Positions 1 through 10,093 of a stretch of DNA of 64,000 nt are shown in pieces. The stretch comes from a virus (lineage: Duplodnaviria > Caudoviricetes), in IMG/VR virus record IMGVR_UViG_3300037504_000149. The stretch is one strand, 5' to 3'. A program made the position numbers and the translations under genes. Position 1 is the first letter of the stretch; the number at the start of each line of letters is the position of its first letter. The notes under the pieces were generated by a model. That model did not search any database, was not told where the DNA came from, and saw only the letters and a program-made list of their open reading frames with translations.

Positions 1-500
1 GCAGGGGATAAAGAAGGGGAAACCTACTGTGGGCTTTTATATAGAAGCGGATATGCTTTAGAAGATTATCTCCTATCAGGTTATATGCTTTGTGATGTGT
101 GCCATGCAAAATATATGGAGCAGCACAAAAATAAATTAAACAAGATTGTAGAAGCAAGGGAAATGTACATTCACAAGATTTATGCGCACGATAAAGGGGA
201 TTCTAGTGTAGGAATCCTCCCCACCGACCAGTATATTACTTTAGATCCTGCATGGTATACAACGTGCTATAACACTGTAGATTTAGAAGAAAGTATTAAG
301 CTGGTAGTTGAAACTATCGTTGGTGATTACGATACCATTGGTCTACACATAACTCTCAAAGATAAAGATTGTTTTCCTACTACCGAAGAGTACCATGTTA
401 CAGTTAAAGAACTGTTTGATCTTTTATTAGACGAAAGTTAGTGTCCGCTTCGTTGTCCGTAAGAAACGGATGTCTGTATCATAAAACCGAAGGAGAAACG

Positions 501-1253
501 ATGAGAAAGTTGCTTGTAGTGCTACTTTGGCTAGCTGTTTGCACGATGGCCGTCCCTACTCCCCTCTACGCGACGACAACCGACCCAGCAGACTTAACTG
601 CATGGCTTTCGTGGCCACAGGGCTGTTATAGTATTGCTGCCGATGATTTTTATATTGACAGCGATCGTACCGACCAAGGCATGATTTCAAGAGTAGTGTT
701 TCTATACTTCCCGGATTACCTCCCCTCTGATTTTACAATTTCCTTTTACTCCAGCACGGGTTTTGGAACTGACGAGTTGCCTGAAGACTTACTTCACGAA
801 ACTACAGTCTCGTTTGATTACAAGGTTGTAGGTTATGGTGGTCCGTATGGTGATGATCCTATTGCAGAAGTCTCGGCAGTGTTAGACGATCCGTTTGAGT
901 TCTCCAATAATGTCCAGTATTGGTGGGTTATGGACATGGATTGGACGGAAGAGTGCTACGCTTTTGGTGCTATTTTTTACGAGACCATCTTACATGATTC
1001 ACCCGCTAGTATCCTGTTTTATGATGAATGGCAAAGGCTTGTAGGGGGCGAGGGAGGAGAAGACACCTTTGGTTTGATGTTCGAGCTATACGGTGCTTAT
1101 TCTTCTATTGTTCCTCCTAACGGTGTAGGTTCAACGGATGAGTGTGATGATACTGTAGGTATGTTGAAGGATAACGGGGGCGGCAATACTGCCCCCCTCC
1201 CCTCCCCATCGTTTATTGAACCTGCTTCCTGGGGACAGATTAAAGCGTTGTAG
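501..1253 (+). CDS. Secreted/surface protein with C-terminal SWGQIK motif
   Basis: AAGGAG RBS before ATG 501; hydrophobic signal peptide MRKLLVVLLWLAVC; acidic body with AADDF; ends IEPASWGQIKAL; paralogous to 32017-32700. Confidence 0.65.
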   Translation: MRKLLVVLLWLAVCTMAVPTPLYATTTDPADLTAWLSWPQGCYSIAADDFYIDSDRTDQGMISRVVFLYFPDYLPSDFTISFYSSTGFGTDELPEDLLHETTVSFDYKVVGYGGPYGDDPIAEVSAVLDDPFEFSNNVQYWWVMDMDWTEECYAFGAIFYETILHDSPASILFYDEWQRLVGGEGGEDTFGLMFELYGAYSSIVPPNGVGSTDECDDTVGMLKDNGGGNTAPLPSPSFIEPASWGQIKAL

Positions 1254-1543
1254 TTTGGAAACTTTACGAAAGGAGAAAGAGATGTCAATTACTAATAACA
1301 GTAAAAGAATCGGAACATTAGAATCTCGATTAGACAGCTTAGAGGAAAGATTAGATACACTAGAGGAAAAGATTTCTAGTGTAGTCGATGAGACAGATAG
1401 TTTTGAACTACCTTTTTGTTCTAATACTCTGGAAGAACGGGTGGAGAGGATAGAAGCTGTCCTAGAGGACGACATAAGCTCTTACGAAAATCGTAAGAGC
1501 GAAGAATACTGGAGCAGTTAAAACAACAAAGGAAAGGAGAACT

Positions 1544-1816
1544 ATGTCCAGTTACATCGGCACTGACGTGGAGGTTATGCCTCCCTCCAACCCGAAAACT
1601 GCTGGTTATATTTTCGGGTTCCAAGGCGTAGTCATCGGGGGAAGTGAAAATATCTTGCTGGTGGAAGATCAGTGTGGCGATCTGTTTGAAGTGAACGTAG
1701 ATCAGATCGTGTATATGTCTGGCCATCAACGGCGTGAGGCCCATTGGCCGGAAGGCGTCCAAGTTAAGTTTGAGCCTAACCCCGTCGAACCGATTGAGCA
1801 GTACGGAGTGATGTAG
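1544..1816 (+). CDS. Hypothetical protein (small beta-barrel-like)
   Basis: ORF with strong AAGGAGA RBS. Confidence 0.6.
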   Translation: MSSYIGTDVEVMPPSNPKTAGYIFGFQGVVIGGSENILLVEDQCGDLFEVNVDQIVYMSGHQRREAHWPEGVQVKFEPNPVEPIEQYGVM

Positions 1817-1840
1817 TACTAATAGGATAGGAGTGGAGAA

Positions 1841-2566
1841 GTGTTGGATCAGCATTACGTAGACAGTCTTTTAGTTGGCCCTGCCCGTGAAGAATTCTGG
1901 AAGGAATTCTACGGTGCGGCAGCGCTAAAGGCTAGCTACTATCTGGTTCCCGATTTAACGATGCGGGAGAGATTTGCGTTGCGGGATCAGATAGTGGAGA
2001 AAAGTTGGGAAGAACCCCTTGACATCCCCCCTACCCCATATGATAAAATGGAAATCCACTCTTGGGGGTGGAAGAGCCACAAGCGAGCGTGGCAAGACCC
2101 TGTCCCATATGACGGTCCGAAGTGGACGACTGCATACTGGATGGATTCGGACGCCTGCACCAAACTATGGTTCTTCTGGAAAAACCTGTCGCAAGGGGTA
2201 CTTAGAGGCTTGGTGGAAGGCCCCAATGGGCCGCTGGATCACGACCTAATTATGCGGCGTTCCACCTACAGCATAAAAAACTCTGTGTGGAGCCGTTTTG
2301 CGCCCTTCGATCACGTATGGGCGTACTACAGTACGAAAGCAGCAGCTTCATATGAGAAATCCCTGCTAGACGAAGTTTTAGCAGAGGGTGGAAAATTGAA
2401 GAAAGGGGAGTGTTACTTAGGAGATCATAGACGCTGTTCTGAATATGAGGGATGGTATCCCGGCGATCCTCTCCTAGAATGTAACTATGAGGTGCATCTC
2501 GCTGCATTGCAGAAGTACCTCTGTAAAAAAGGGCTTGAATGCCCGCGTAAAAAGGAGGGTAAATGA
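1841..2566 (+). CDS. Hypothetical protein
   Basis: 241-aa ORF, GGAG RBS, in operon-like + strand chain. Confidence 0.6.
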   Translation: MLDQHYVDSLLVGPAREEFWKEFYGAAALKASYYLVPDLTMRERFALRDQIVEKSWEEPLDIPPTPYDKMEIHSWGWKSHKRAWQDPVPYDGPKWTTAYWMDSDACTKLWFFWKNLSQGVLRGLVEGPNGPLDHDLIMRRSTYSIKNSVWSRFAPFDHVWAYYSTKAAASYEKSLLDEVLAEGGKLKKGECYLGDHRRCSEYEGWYPGDPLLECNYEVHLAALQKYLCKKGLECPRKKEGK

Positions 2567-2865
2567 TTAACCTTAACGAATATGAATATGTTGTCTGGCG
2601 GACAACACACAACGGCAAACCCTCCTACCAGCTATGGTGTATCTTTGGAACGCAGTTAGGGAAGCTCGTAGTAGTTGCGCGTCAAGACGAGCTAATGGCC
2701 TCCTATCTGAATGGACACACCGTGGCTATCACGAAGGTAGTCCACGACACAAAACCTGAAGAAGACCGCAAGGGTGTTGCGTTTGCGCGTATCACCCATG
2801 ACGAAAAACAATGCCCTTACTGCATTGCCTATGAGGAAGCGATGCGGGATAACGAAACTTGCTGA
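2563..2865 (+). CDS. Hypothetical protein
   Basis: AGGAGG RBS, overlaps upstream stop. Confidence 0.6.
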   Translation: MINLNEYEYVVWRTTHNGKPSYQLWCIFGTQLGKLVVVARQDELMASYLNGHTVAITKVVHDTKPEEDRKGVAFARITHDEKQCPYCIAYEEAMRDNETC

Positions 2866-2882
2866 AAGGGGAAAGAGGAAAG

Positions 2883-3281
2883 ATGTTCAACAACGTGGCA
2901 GAACCACACCGCAGTATCTTAGAGGCTTTCGTTCCCGAATGTCCGAGCAGGGACTTCCACCTCACCGTTACCATGCTGCGCTTGATCGAGGGAGTGGAAC
3001 GCACCTCAGACAAGCTCCAGCGGTTGCGAGACCTACAACTCGCCTTCGACGGCGATAACAGCCCGAGGGCCTTCATAGAGGGCCGAGAGAAGGCTAAGAA
3101 GCTGCTCGAAGACCTAGAACGTCGTTATTGCCTAGTGCAGGACGGCGCGTGGTACATCGAGCGCCAAGGCGATAGCTACACCCTCAACACCCCGGACCGT
3201 CGTAAAGTCCTGACCGAGGGATGGATCAAGGGGATTGGCTGGGAAGAAGAACTGCGGGAAGCGATGGCGAAGCTGAAGTAA
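2883..3281 (+). CDS. Hypothetical protein
   Basis: GAGG RBS before ATG 2883; GC-richer codons. Confidence 0.55.
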   Translation: MFNNVAEPHRSILEAFVPECPSRDFHLTVTMLRLIEGVERTSDKLQRLRDLQLAFDGDNSPRAFIEGREKAKKLLEDLERRYCLVQDGAWYIERQGDSYTLNTPDRRKVLTEGWIKGIGWEEELREAMAKLK

Positions 3282-3307
3282 TGCTTGGGAGGGTCTAACC
3301 CTTCCTA

Positions 3308-3433
3308 CCTTTTTACGATTCCTAGACACTTATCAATAAGTGCCGATGTTTCGTAAAACTTAGCAGTGGAGGAAACAAAACCCCTTTACGATTCGTAGGC
3401 ATCTATCAATAAGTGCCGACGTTTCGTAAAACT
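3308..3433. repeat. Two tandem ~51-bp imperfect palindromes (73-bp period)
   Basis: TTTACGATTC(C/G)TAG(A/G)CA..TATCAATAAGTGCCGA(T/C)GTTTCGTAAAACT occurs at 3312 and 3385. Confidence 0.85.
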
Positions 3434-3450
3434 CAACAAAGGAGAACAAC

Positions 3451-3660
3451 ATGGAACGCTCGTTGCGAGATAAGTTGTTAGATATGATGCGTGACGCTGC
3501 TGCGGATGAACATGGTTTTTGGGCGTGGTTAGATGAGTTAGTCACGAACGAGCTAAACATGCTGATCCACCTAGCTCGTGATAACGGATTGATGGTTGTT
3601 GTCACTGCTGAGGGCGGCGGTGACGGCCGGGAGGCTGTCTACATTCGGCCTTGTGAGTAG
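3451..3660 (+). CDS. Hypothetical protein (small paralog family)
   Basis: RBS; MM.D.AADE.GFW...DEL motif shared with the N-terminus of the ORF at 4561 and the C-terminal half of 27503-27985. Confidence 0.6.
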   Translation: MERSLRDKLLDMMRDAAADEHGFWAWLDELVTNELNMLIHLARDNGLMVVVTAEGGGDGREAVYIRPCE

Positions 3661-3685
3661 AGATTGAGCTACTAAAGGAGTATAC

Positions 3686-4024
3686 ATGAGTATTCCCCTG
3701 TACTATGATGACACCAACTGTACCCTCGCCATCGTCCTGACGGAGGAGGCCCTGGATTGTGTGGCCTCCAACACGATCCTCGGTTGCCTGTTCGATGTTT
3801 CCGTCGTACAGGAGAAGAGGGTAGACAAGATATATCTGTGCTTCCCTCCGGCGGAGAACAGGCGCACCATCCTCTTGAATGATTACACCCTCCCCCTGGT
3901 CATCCATGACATCATTGCCATCTTGACTCGATTCCGCGATCGTTTCCCCTCCGGCGTTGAGGAGACTAGGGACTCCAAGAAAATCAAGATGTTCGAGACG
4001 AAATGGGAGCCTCTGCGATGCTGA
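3686..4024 (+). CDS. Hypothetical protein
   Basis: AAGGAG RBS, ORF. Confidence 0.55.
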   Translation: MSIPLYYDDTNCTLAIVLTEEALDCVASNTILGCLFDVSVVQEKRVDKIYLCFPPAENRRTILLNDYTLPLVIHDIIAILTRFRDRFPSGVEETRDSKKIKMFETKWEPLRC

Positions 4025-4088
4025 AGTATAGCAATGCCGTGAAACAGCAAAGCAACCCTACAGAAATTTCATAGAAAGGAGCATAGAG

Positions 4089-4475
4089 ATGTTCAACACA
4101 TTCGACCACGTGGCTGCGGCCACCAATACACTCCTCTCCAGCACCGAAGCACTGAAGGCGGTTCCGGGCATCCTCCAGGACGCCAACGACCTCATCCGAA
4201 TCCGGCTCCAAGCCCGACCTCCCGCCGAGCACCCCAAGGTCCAGATCTTCAAGGATCTCGTTGCGCTGAATGCGATGCGGGAGCATACCGAGGTTTCTAA
4301 GGAACTGGTGGAAGATGCCCTTGCGGATCGGGACACCATCTTCCCCCTGTTCGGCGATCTGGGTATCATCGAAGCCTTCGATCTCATCCGAAACTTGGAA
4401 GAGCTGGGGTGGACCCACATCAAGATCAACTACACAGAACTCCGGTGGGTCAAGAGGGACTACAATACTGAGTAG
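4089..4475 (+). CDS. Hypothetical protein
   Basis: AAGGAG RBS, C/G-ending codon bias. Confidence 0.6.
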   Translation: MFNTFDHVAAATNTLLSSTEALKAVPGILQDANDLIRIRLQARPPAEHPKVQIFKDLVALNAMREHTEVSKELVEDALADRDTIFPLFGDLGIIEAFDLIRNLEELGWTHIKINYTELRWVKRDYNTE

Positions 4476-5399
4476 CTGCCTCCCCGCCCGCCGGGAATGA
4501 TCCTGGCGGGTAGGGATGCTATTACCACACAACCGCCCCCGTGTGGGCAAAGGAGGGTGCGATGAGCAATGATTTGAAGAGTATGATGCTTGACGTTGCC
4601 GCCGATGAATATGGATTTTGGGGTTATACTGATGAGCTGGAGCCCGGTGAGCTGGACGAACTGAAAAGCGCTGCTGAGGAGCTTGACCTGCGTGTGGTAA
4701 TTGAGCACGGCATCCCCGGTGTTTACATTCGACCGCTTGACACTGGTCTTGGAATTAAGGAGGGTGCGATGAGAACCGGAGAAATCTATACACAGCTACA
4801 CAAACTAGAGGTTAAGATCGACAGCATCAAAGGTATGATGCACAATGAATACCAGCGACGGCTTGTCGAGACGACTGAACCGGAATTTTCTAAAGAAATG
4901 AGATCTCTATGGAACACTAAACGCTACTTAGAAATGGCGAGTTCAGCATTACGCGCCGCACAGCATAACTTTACTACCTTGGTATAGCACACTTGTTAGT
5001 AGGGAAAAGGAGGCACAGATGGGTACTTTAGTGCTTTTCGTGTTGCCAGCAAGTCTGTTGGGTTTACTATTGTGTTGGTCTGCGCCTCCCATCATTGCCT
5101 TTCCTGCTGCTATACTTTTTGTGGTAGGTGTATTCACATCAATCATCTACCTATTACTTGATCCTTTTGGGGAGTTTCGTAAATGAGACACCACTTCAAA
5201 CAACCCCAGGATAAGGATGGTAAACCTATCCACATTCAGCAGAGAGTTGCAGTAGACTCTACTCCTGAAGACGTTTGGAAAGGTGGTTTCTCAGGCACGG
5301 TCATTAGAATTATCAGTACCTTTAAGGTTACGGTATCTGATTTGAAGGGTCATGCCTTTGATGTACCTGCACACAAGACAAAAGTTTTGGAAGGTTAAA

Positions 5400-6140
5400 A
5401 TGAATGATGCTCTAGGTGATCGTATGAAGAAGTATGAGAATACTACAAGGTATTACCTACCTCCCCGTACACCTATCATTATTAGAGTAGATGGTAAAGC
5501 CTTTCACACTTATACTAAAAATTGTATAGAACCATTCAGTAATGTTCTAATAAACATAATGAATGAAGTTGGGTTACATCTTTGTGAGAATATCCAGGGT
5601 GCTGAACTAGCATATATTCAAAGTGATGAAATTTCTATATTAGTTCATTACTATAAAAAGTATACTTCATCTGCATGGTTCGATAACAACTTGCAGAAGC
5701 TGGTAAGTGTTTCAGCTAGTCTAGCTACAGAAGCATTCATTAACAGTTTGATGCGGCGTCCCATCGCTTGGCAGTCACAGTTTGGTGGTAAAACACCTAA
5801 CTTTGATAGCCGAGCTTTTTGTATACCAGTAGCGGACGTATGCAATTACTTTATCTGGAGGCAGAAAGATTGGGAACGTAATAGTTTGCAACTACTAGCA
5901 AGAAGTTTATACTCTCATAACGAATTACACGCTAAGAAGCGTGATGAATTGCACGATATGTGTATAGCTAAAGGTAATAACTGGAACCAGCTACCAGGGT
6001 ATTATAAACGAGGTAGATGTGTCAAGTTACTTTGTAATACTGATACTCCTGTTACTAAACGAGAGTGGGTTGTAGAAACTCCTCCCATATTTACTAAAGA
6101 TAGAGATTACGTTGAAGAACATCTGTTTGTTGAACAATGA
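5400..6140 (+). CDS. thg1: tRNA(His) guanylyltransferase Thg1-like protein
   Basis: LGDRMKKYE, IIRVDGKAFHTYT, YIQSDEIS, FDSRAF, YFIWRQKD motifs typical of Thg1/TLP. Confidence 0.92.
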   Translation: MNDALGDRMKKYENTTRYYLPPRTPIIIRVDGKAFHTYTKNCIEPFSNVLINIMNEVGLHLCENIQGAELAYIQSDEISILVHYYKKYTSSAWFDNNLQKLVSVSASLATEAFINSLMRRPIAWQSQFGGKTPNFDSRAFCIPVADVCNYFIWRQKDWERNSLQLLARSLYSHNELHAKKRDELHDMCIAKGNNWNQLPGYYKRGRCVKLLCNTDTPVTKREWVVETPPIFTKDRDYVEEHLFVEQ

Positions 6141-6150
6141 GAGGTATAGT

Positions 6151-6747
6151 ATGTATAATGATGATGGCAAGTTCTGGGTAGTAGCTATTGTCTTATTAGT
6201 AGTTGGACTCGGTATGGGGATAGTTTTACTCAATATAAATATATTCAGGTATGTTCATACCATAAAGAAAGATATTACTGATGAGTCTATAGAAATGGAA
6301 TTTATTAGAACCAAGAATGGGGGTGACCGCTGTGGTAGCTGTTACTTTGGTTGGGATATTTCTTTCCATGATTTATGGTATGCTACTGATATTAGAGAAG
6401 TTATAGATTACCAACACCACAAAAATTATTGTACACTACACGGTATAGAATTTATTTTTGAAGTTGATGGATTCGATGATGTAGATGAGTGGTATATTTG
6501 GTATTCTCCTAAAGTATCATCAGACCGGGTGTGGCTTAAAGCTGATGAATTATCGAACGATATATGGACAACTATATCAAGTTTAGATATATTAGCAAAA
6601 TATGCTATGGTCTATTCTGATAGACTGTACGGCGAGTTCCAAGTATTAGGTATTTCACGTATCGGACAGAACGGTGCTATAACGAAAATATATTATACTA
6701 ATGTTTACTGGATTAAAATTAGTTTTGGAAATACAAAGTTTCCTTGA
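6151..6747 (+). CDS. Membrane-anchored hypothetical protein
   Basis: GAGG RBS; N-terminal hydrophobic helix. Confidence 0.55.
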   Translation: MYNDDGKFWVVAIVLLVVGLGMGIVLLNINIFRYVHTIKKDITDESIEMEFIRTKNGGDRCGSCYFGWDISFHDLWYATDIREVIDYQHHKNYCTLHGIEFIFEVDGFDDVDEWYIWYSPKVSSDRVWLKADELSNDIWTTISSLDILAKYAMVYSDRLYGEFQVLGISRIGQNGAITKIYYTNVYWIKISFGNTKFP

Positions 6748-6772
6748 AAAATCACGCTCGTTATGTTATACT
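6744..6772 (+). promoter_or_regulatory. Sigma70 promoter (TTGAAA-17-TATACT, extended TG)
   Basis: Exact 17-bp spacing; same form recurs ahead of the tRNA cluster at 50450. Confidence 0.75.
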
Positions 6773-6778
6773 GTATTC

Positions 6779-7305
6779 GTACTCGAAGAGATTTCGACCC
6801 GTGCCAGCGTGTCAAAGCTTCGAGTCGTTCGCCCTCCAAGGAACAAGAAATTACTTGGAACGGGAACTGGTGACGGCAACAAGGTACTCTCACAAACCAT
6901 AGAGGACTTGAGTCACTGGGACTGCTTCCCACCAGCGGTTTAATTATTTCTCTACAGGTTTAAAACGTACAACGAACTGCCGTAAGAGTAACGCGCTTGT
7001 GTCCAAAACGCTCCAAAGGTGTAGCGCCTGTGGAACACCAAGGTAGGGTGAGGGGCTTAGTAGGAACGTCTCACCATCTTAAGGTCTGGAAAAAGTTGGT
7101 GCGTGTGTGGTTCTGCTATCACTTGGGGTTGACCACCTCATTAAGGCCAGAAGCGACTGGCTAAAGAGGCTCTAGTAGTCACGTACATACTCATGCGTGA
7201 AAGCCCAGATCTTCCTGCCACGACCCTAATTTGTGAGTAAGCGCGAGTGGGCGCATTAACTCCCGTAGACTTTATGTGGCGTCAGGGAGCTGGAAGGTCG
7301 ATTAC
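6779..7305 (+). ncRNA. Large (~520 nt) highly structured ncRNA candidate, family unassigned
   Basis: No credible ORF; own promoter; many hairpins and long-range pairings (6794-6808 with 7289-7301; CGCGCTTG near 6992 with TAAGCGCG near 7238). Confidence 0.6.
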
Positions 7306-7504
7306 TGCTTGAACTTATAAGGAGAGATATACAAGGTTCATCTTTTGAAACTCGGACACAATGTCCGAAGTGTGGTTCATGGTGTTATGGGCGCACAGAT
7401 ATTGATGCTATGGGACAAGAACATACTACTGGTTACCGTTGCGAACACTGTGGGCACATTTGGGGAATGACGATTTGTGTACAGATGTTTAACTGAGGTG
7501 TTAC

Positions 7505-8125
7505 ATGAAATGTCATCACTTACAATTATATACGGTATATCGTAAATACTACCCCCAACAACATTTTGGTAAAGCAGCACTAGTAAAACTACTCTATTTT
7601 GCTCAAGAAGTTGAAGGCGCTAAGTTAGGTTATAGTTTTGATCTAGAAACATTTGGACCATTCACACAAACAATACTTGACGAATTAGATGATTTGGAGT
7701 GTAAAGGCACTGCTATAGTTAAATATGTTAATGATCATTATGTCATTGACTATTACGATAAGCCAGATTTTATACTACCTGAAATTGAACAAGCTGTTAA
7801 AAAGTTTGGTTATCTGTGTGGTTTTGACATGGAAACATTAGCTACTATACACTTCTTGAGAGATACAAAACCTACCAGAGAAAGTATGTATATTGCAGTG
7901 CATGGTATTAAACCCAGAGTGAATCGTACAACCTTTGATAAGATGTATCGTTTAGCTGTACAGTTTGGTTTAATTCCTGATAGTACATCTCCCGTTTCCA
8001 TTGATTATAAAAAGCGCAAAGAAGCTAAACTATTAGAAGACGATCTAGATTGGCGTACTGAAGAAGAGAAAATACAGGATTATGAAGAGGCTTATATACA
8101 AGTACATAACCGAAAGAGGATATGA
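7505..8125 (+). CDS. SocA/Panacea (DUF4065)-like or DarG C-terminal-like protein
   Basis: ALVKLLYFAQ...FGPFT...METLATIHF pattern. Confidence 0.55.
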   Translation: MKCHHLQLYTVYRKYYPQQHFGKAALVKLLYFAQEVEGAKLGYSFDLETFGPFTQTILDELDDLECKGTAIVKYVNDHYVIDYYDKPDFILPEIEQAVKKFGYLCGFDMETLATIHFLRDTKPTRESMYIAVHGIKPRVNRTTFDKMYRLAVQFGLIPDSTSPVSIDYKKRKEAKLLEDDLDWRTEEEKIQDYEEAYIQVHNRKRI

Positions 8126-8391
8126 TGCCCCACGTATACATAGCTCCACACAAACGTGCTAATCGTAAAGAAGTAAAGGAAACTACTCCCCACGGTTTAA
8201 CGTGGCAAGTTGAAGGGCCTTATAAAGATTATGATAGTGCTGCGGAGAAGAAGAAGGAACTGAAAAATAAAGGGTTACAAGTTAAAGTCCATCACCTCAA
8301 ACGTGGTTATGTAGTTAAGTCACGTGATCCGGAAAAGGTGAAGAAGCACAAACAGAAACAGAAGAAAGACGCTAAAAAGAAAACTAAATAG
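8122..8391 (+). CDS. Small basic hypothetical protein
   Basis: Lys-rich ORF, ATGA-type overlap with upstream gene. Confidence 0.55.
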   Translation: MMPHVYIAPHKRANRKEVKETTPHGLTWQVEGPYKDYDSAAEKKKELKNKGLQVKVHHLKRGYVVKSRDPEKVKKHKQKQKKDAKKKTK

Positions 8392-8403
8392 CTATCTCAA
8401 GTA

Positions 8404-8432
8404 TTGACTTATGGTCTCCTCTATGGTATAAT
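8404..8432 (+). promoter_or_regulatory. Sigma70 promoter
   Basis: TTGACT-17-TATAAT with extended TG. Confidence 0.7.
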
Positions 8433-8461
8433 ATAGGGGAGGCTTTACTTTAAGGAATAAT

Positions 8462-9163
8462 ATGATAGCATTTCTAGGTGATATACATGGGTCATTTGAC
8501 GCACTCTATTTATTTGAAGAACTCCTCCGATCTGTACTAGGTGATGAATTGGAGGAGATTGTTGTATTGGGAGATGTGGGTATCTGGCCCGAAACAATAA
8601 TCCATATTCCCGATTTCAAATCTAGGATTTCTTTCATCCGAGGGAATCATGAAAGTTATCCTCTATTAGAGGAGTGGGATAAATTAGATTTACCTCTCCA
8701 TTATTGGAAGGATGGCGAAACTCGCAATCTATATAATTATCGGTTTACAGCATTAGGCGGGGCTTATTCTATCGATCGTCATCATCGTAAATTAAACGGA
8801 ACTGACTGTGCGGCGTGGTATAGAGAAGAAATACCGAATCGTGAAATGGCAGAAAAAGTTGGTACAGAGGACGCTACCGATGTACTACTAACCCATGCAC
8901 TCCCTCCTGAGCTTGCTAAGCGTGTTTTCTCGCGTATTAAGATAAATAGTGATGAGAATGGGGAGTTGTCCCCTATTCTGTATGGTACGATTCCGTTTAT
9001 CTTCTGTGGTCATTATCACATCTACAGGGATACGCGAGTACAGATAAGTGAGGACTACTCGCTCAACATCATCGCGTTACCTAGCTGGGCTCCTATGACA
9101 GGACGACAGTTTATCCTACTTGATGAGGACGGCTTTTATGTTGTTGATCCAGATAAATCATAA
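8462..9163 (+). CDS. Calcineurin-like metallophosphoesterase
   Basis: GDIHG, GDVG, RGNHE, LTH, CGHYH motifs. Confidence 0.9.
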   Translation: MIAFLGDIHGSFDALYLFEELLRSVLGDELEEIVVLGDVGIWPETIIHIPDFKSRISFIRGNHESYPLLEEWDKLDLPLHYWKDGETRNLYNYRFTALGGAYSIDRHHRKLNGTDCAAWYREEIPNREMAEKVGTEDATDVLLTHALPPELAKRVFSRIKINSDENGELSPILYGTIPFIFCGHYHIYRDTRVQISEDYSLNIIALPSWAPMTGRQFILLDEDGFYVVDPDKS

Positions 9164-9170
9164 ATAACCC

Positions 9171-9288
9171 TTGACAGGGTGGTAGGGTTATGATATAATG
9201 TCCGTGTTGTCGATGAGGGAGGCTCGCAAACAACTACTCAAAAAAGTTGAAAAAATAGGTTGACAAACCTTAAAGAGTGTGATATACT
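9171..9288 (+). promoter_or_regulatory. Tandem strong sigma70 promoters
   Basis: TTGACA-17-TATAAT (9171-9199) and TTGACA-17-TATACT (9260-9288), both with extended TG. Confidence 0.85.
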
Positions 9289-9344
9289 TACCTCGTCGTA
9301 GTCAAGCAACCACCCACAAAGAAGTACCCTTGAAAGGAGTCGCT

Positions 9345-10085
9345 ATGAGCGATAACACTATCAGTCTGGACGCCCTGAACAAGGCTACCAAGGGCCACGA
9401 TTATGTCGTCGGCCAGTCCAACATCTCTTCCCTTCTGGGCCTCAGTGGTCGCGCTGCTCCGAACGTGCGAGAGGCCATCAACAAGGTCGATCCCAAGGCT
9501 CTCAGTAAGGCCAGCGGTAAGAACTCGCCGTGGACCGTGAGCAAGTCTTGGCTGGTCAAGCACACGGACGCTATCCACAGTGCTTACGAGGAACTGTTCC
9601 CCCGTGGTAATGGCGGCGGCAAGACCGGCATCGGTTACGGCGCTATCGGCGACCTCACGGACGCTCTGATCGACAAGATCAGCAAGGGTGACGCCAAGGT
9701 CACCAACGATATGCCCGTCAACCTCCGTGACCTCTTCGTCGAATTCGGCGTGGCGGACGAGGATCTGCCTTCCGCCATCAACAGCGCTGACAATCGCGGC
9801 TACTTCGTCGGTCGCCTCGTCAAGTCCGCTCAGCGGGCGATGGGCGAGAACGCTCCCTCCGTCAAGGAGATCGAGGCCAAGCTGCTCGATAACATCGTCT
9901 CCGTCGAGACCAAGGAGACCAGCCGCAAGATGCGCAACGACAAGGACGGCGAGAAGACTCCCTACACCCTCGAATACGTCCGCTTCAGCATGGGCGCTTT
10001 GACGAAGGCCGTCAAGATGATCGCCGACGCTGATGGGTTCCAGGAAGGCGAAGTCCTCAAGCGCGAGGAAATCTGGACTCCGTAA
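9345..10085 (+). CDS. Probably highly expressed hypothetical protein
   Basis: AAAGGAG RBS, strong C-ending codon bias, two promoters and a terminator. Confidence 0.75.
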   Translation: MSDNTISLDALNKATKGHDYVVGQSNISSLLGLSGRAAPNVREAINKVDPKALSKASGKNSPWTVSKSWLVKHTDAIHSAYEELFPRGNGGGKTGIGYGAIGDLTDALIDKISKGDAKVTNDMPVNLRDLFVEFGVADEDLPSAINSADNRGYFVGRLVKSAQRAMGENAPSVKEIEAKLLDNIVSVETKETSRKMRNDKDGEKTPYTLEYVRFSMGALTKAVKMIADADGFQEGEVLKREEIWTP

Positions 10086-10093
10086 CACACGCT

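Noticed and set aside
6779-7305. RNase P RNA, tmRNA or a group I/II intron
   Set aside because: No GAGGAAAGUCC core, no tRNA-like CCA end, no domain V or clear P7 motifs, and no interrupted host gene.
9288-10088. 266-aa antisense ORF
   Set aside because: A shadow of the strong codon bias of the + strand gene, which has the promoters, RBS and terminator.
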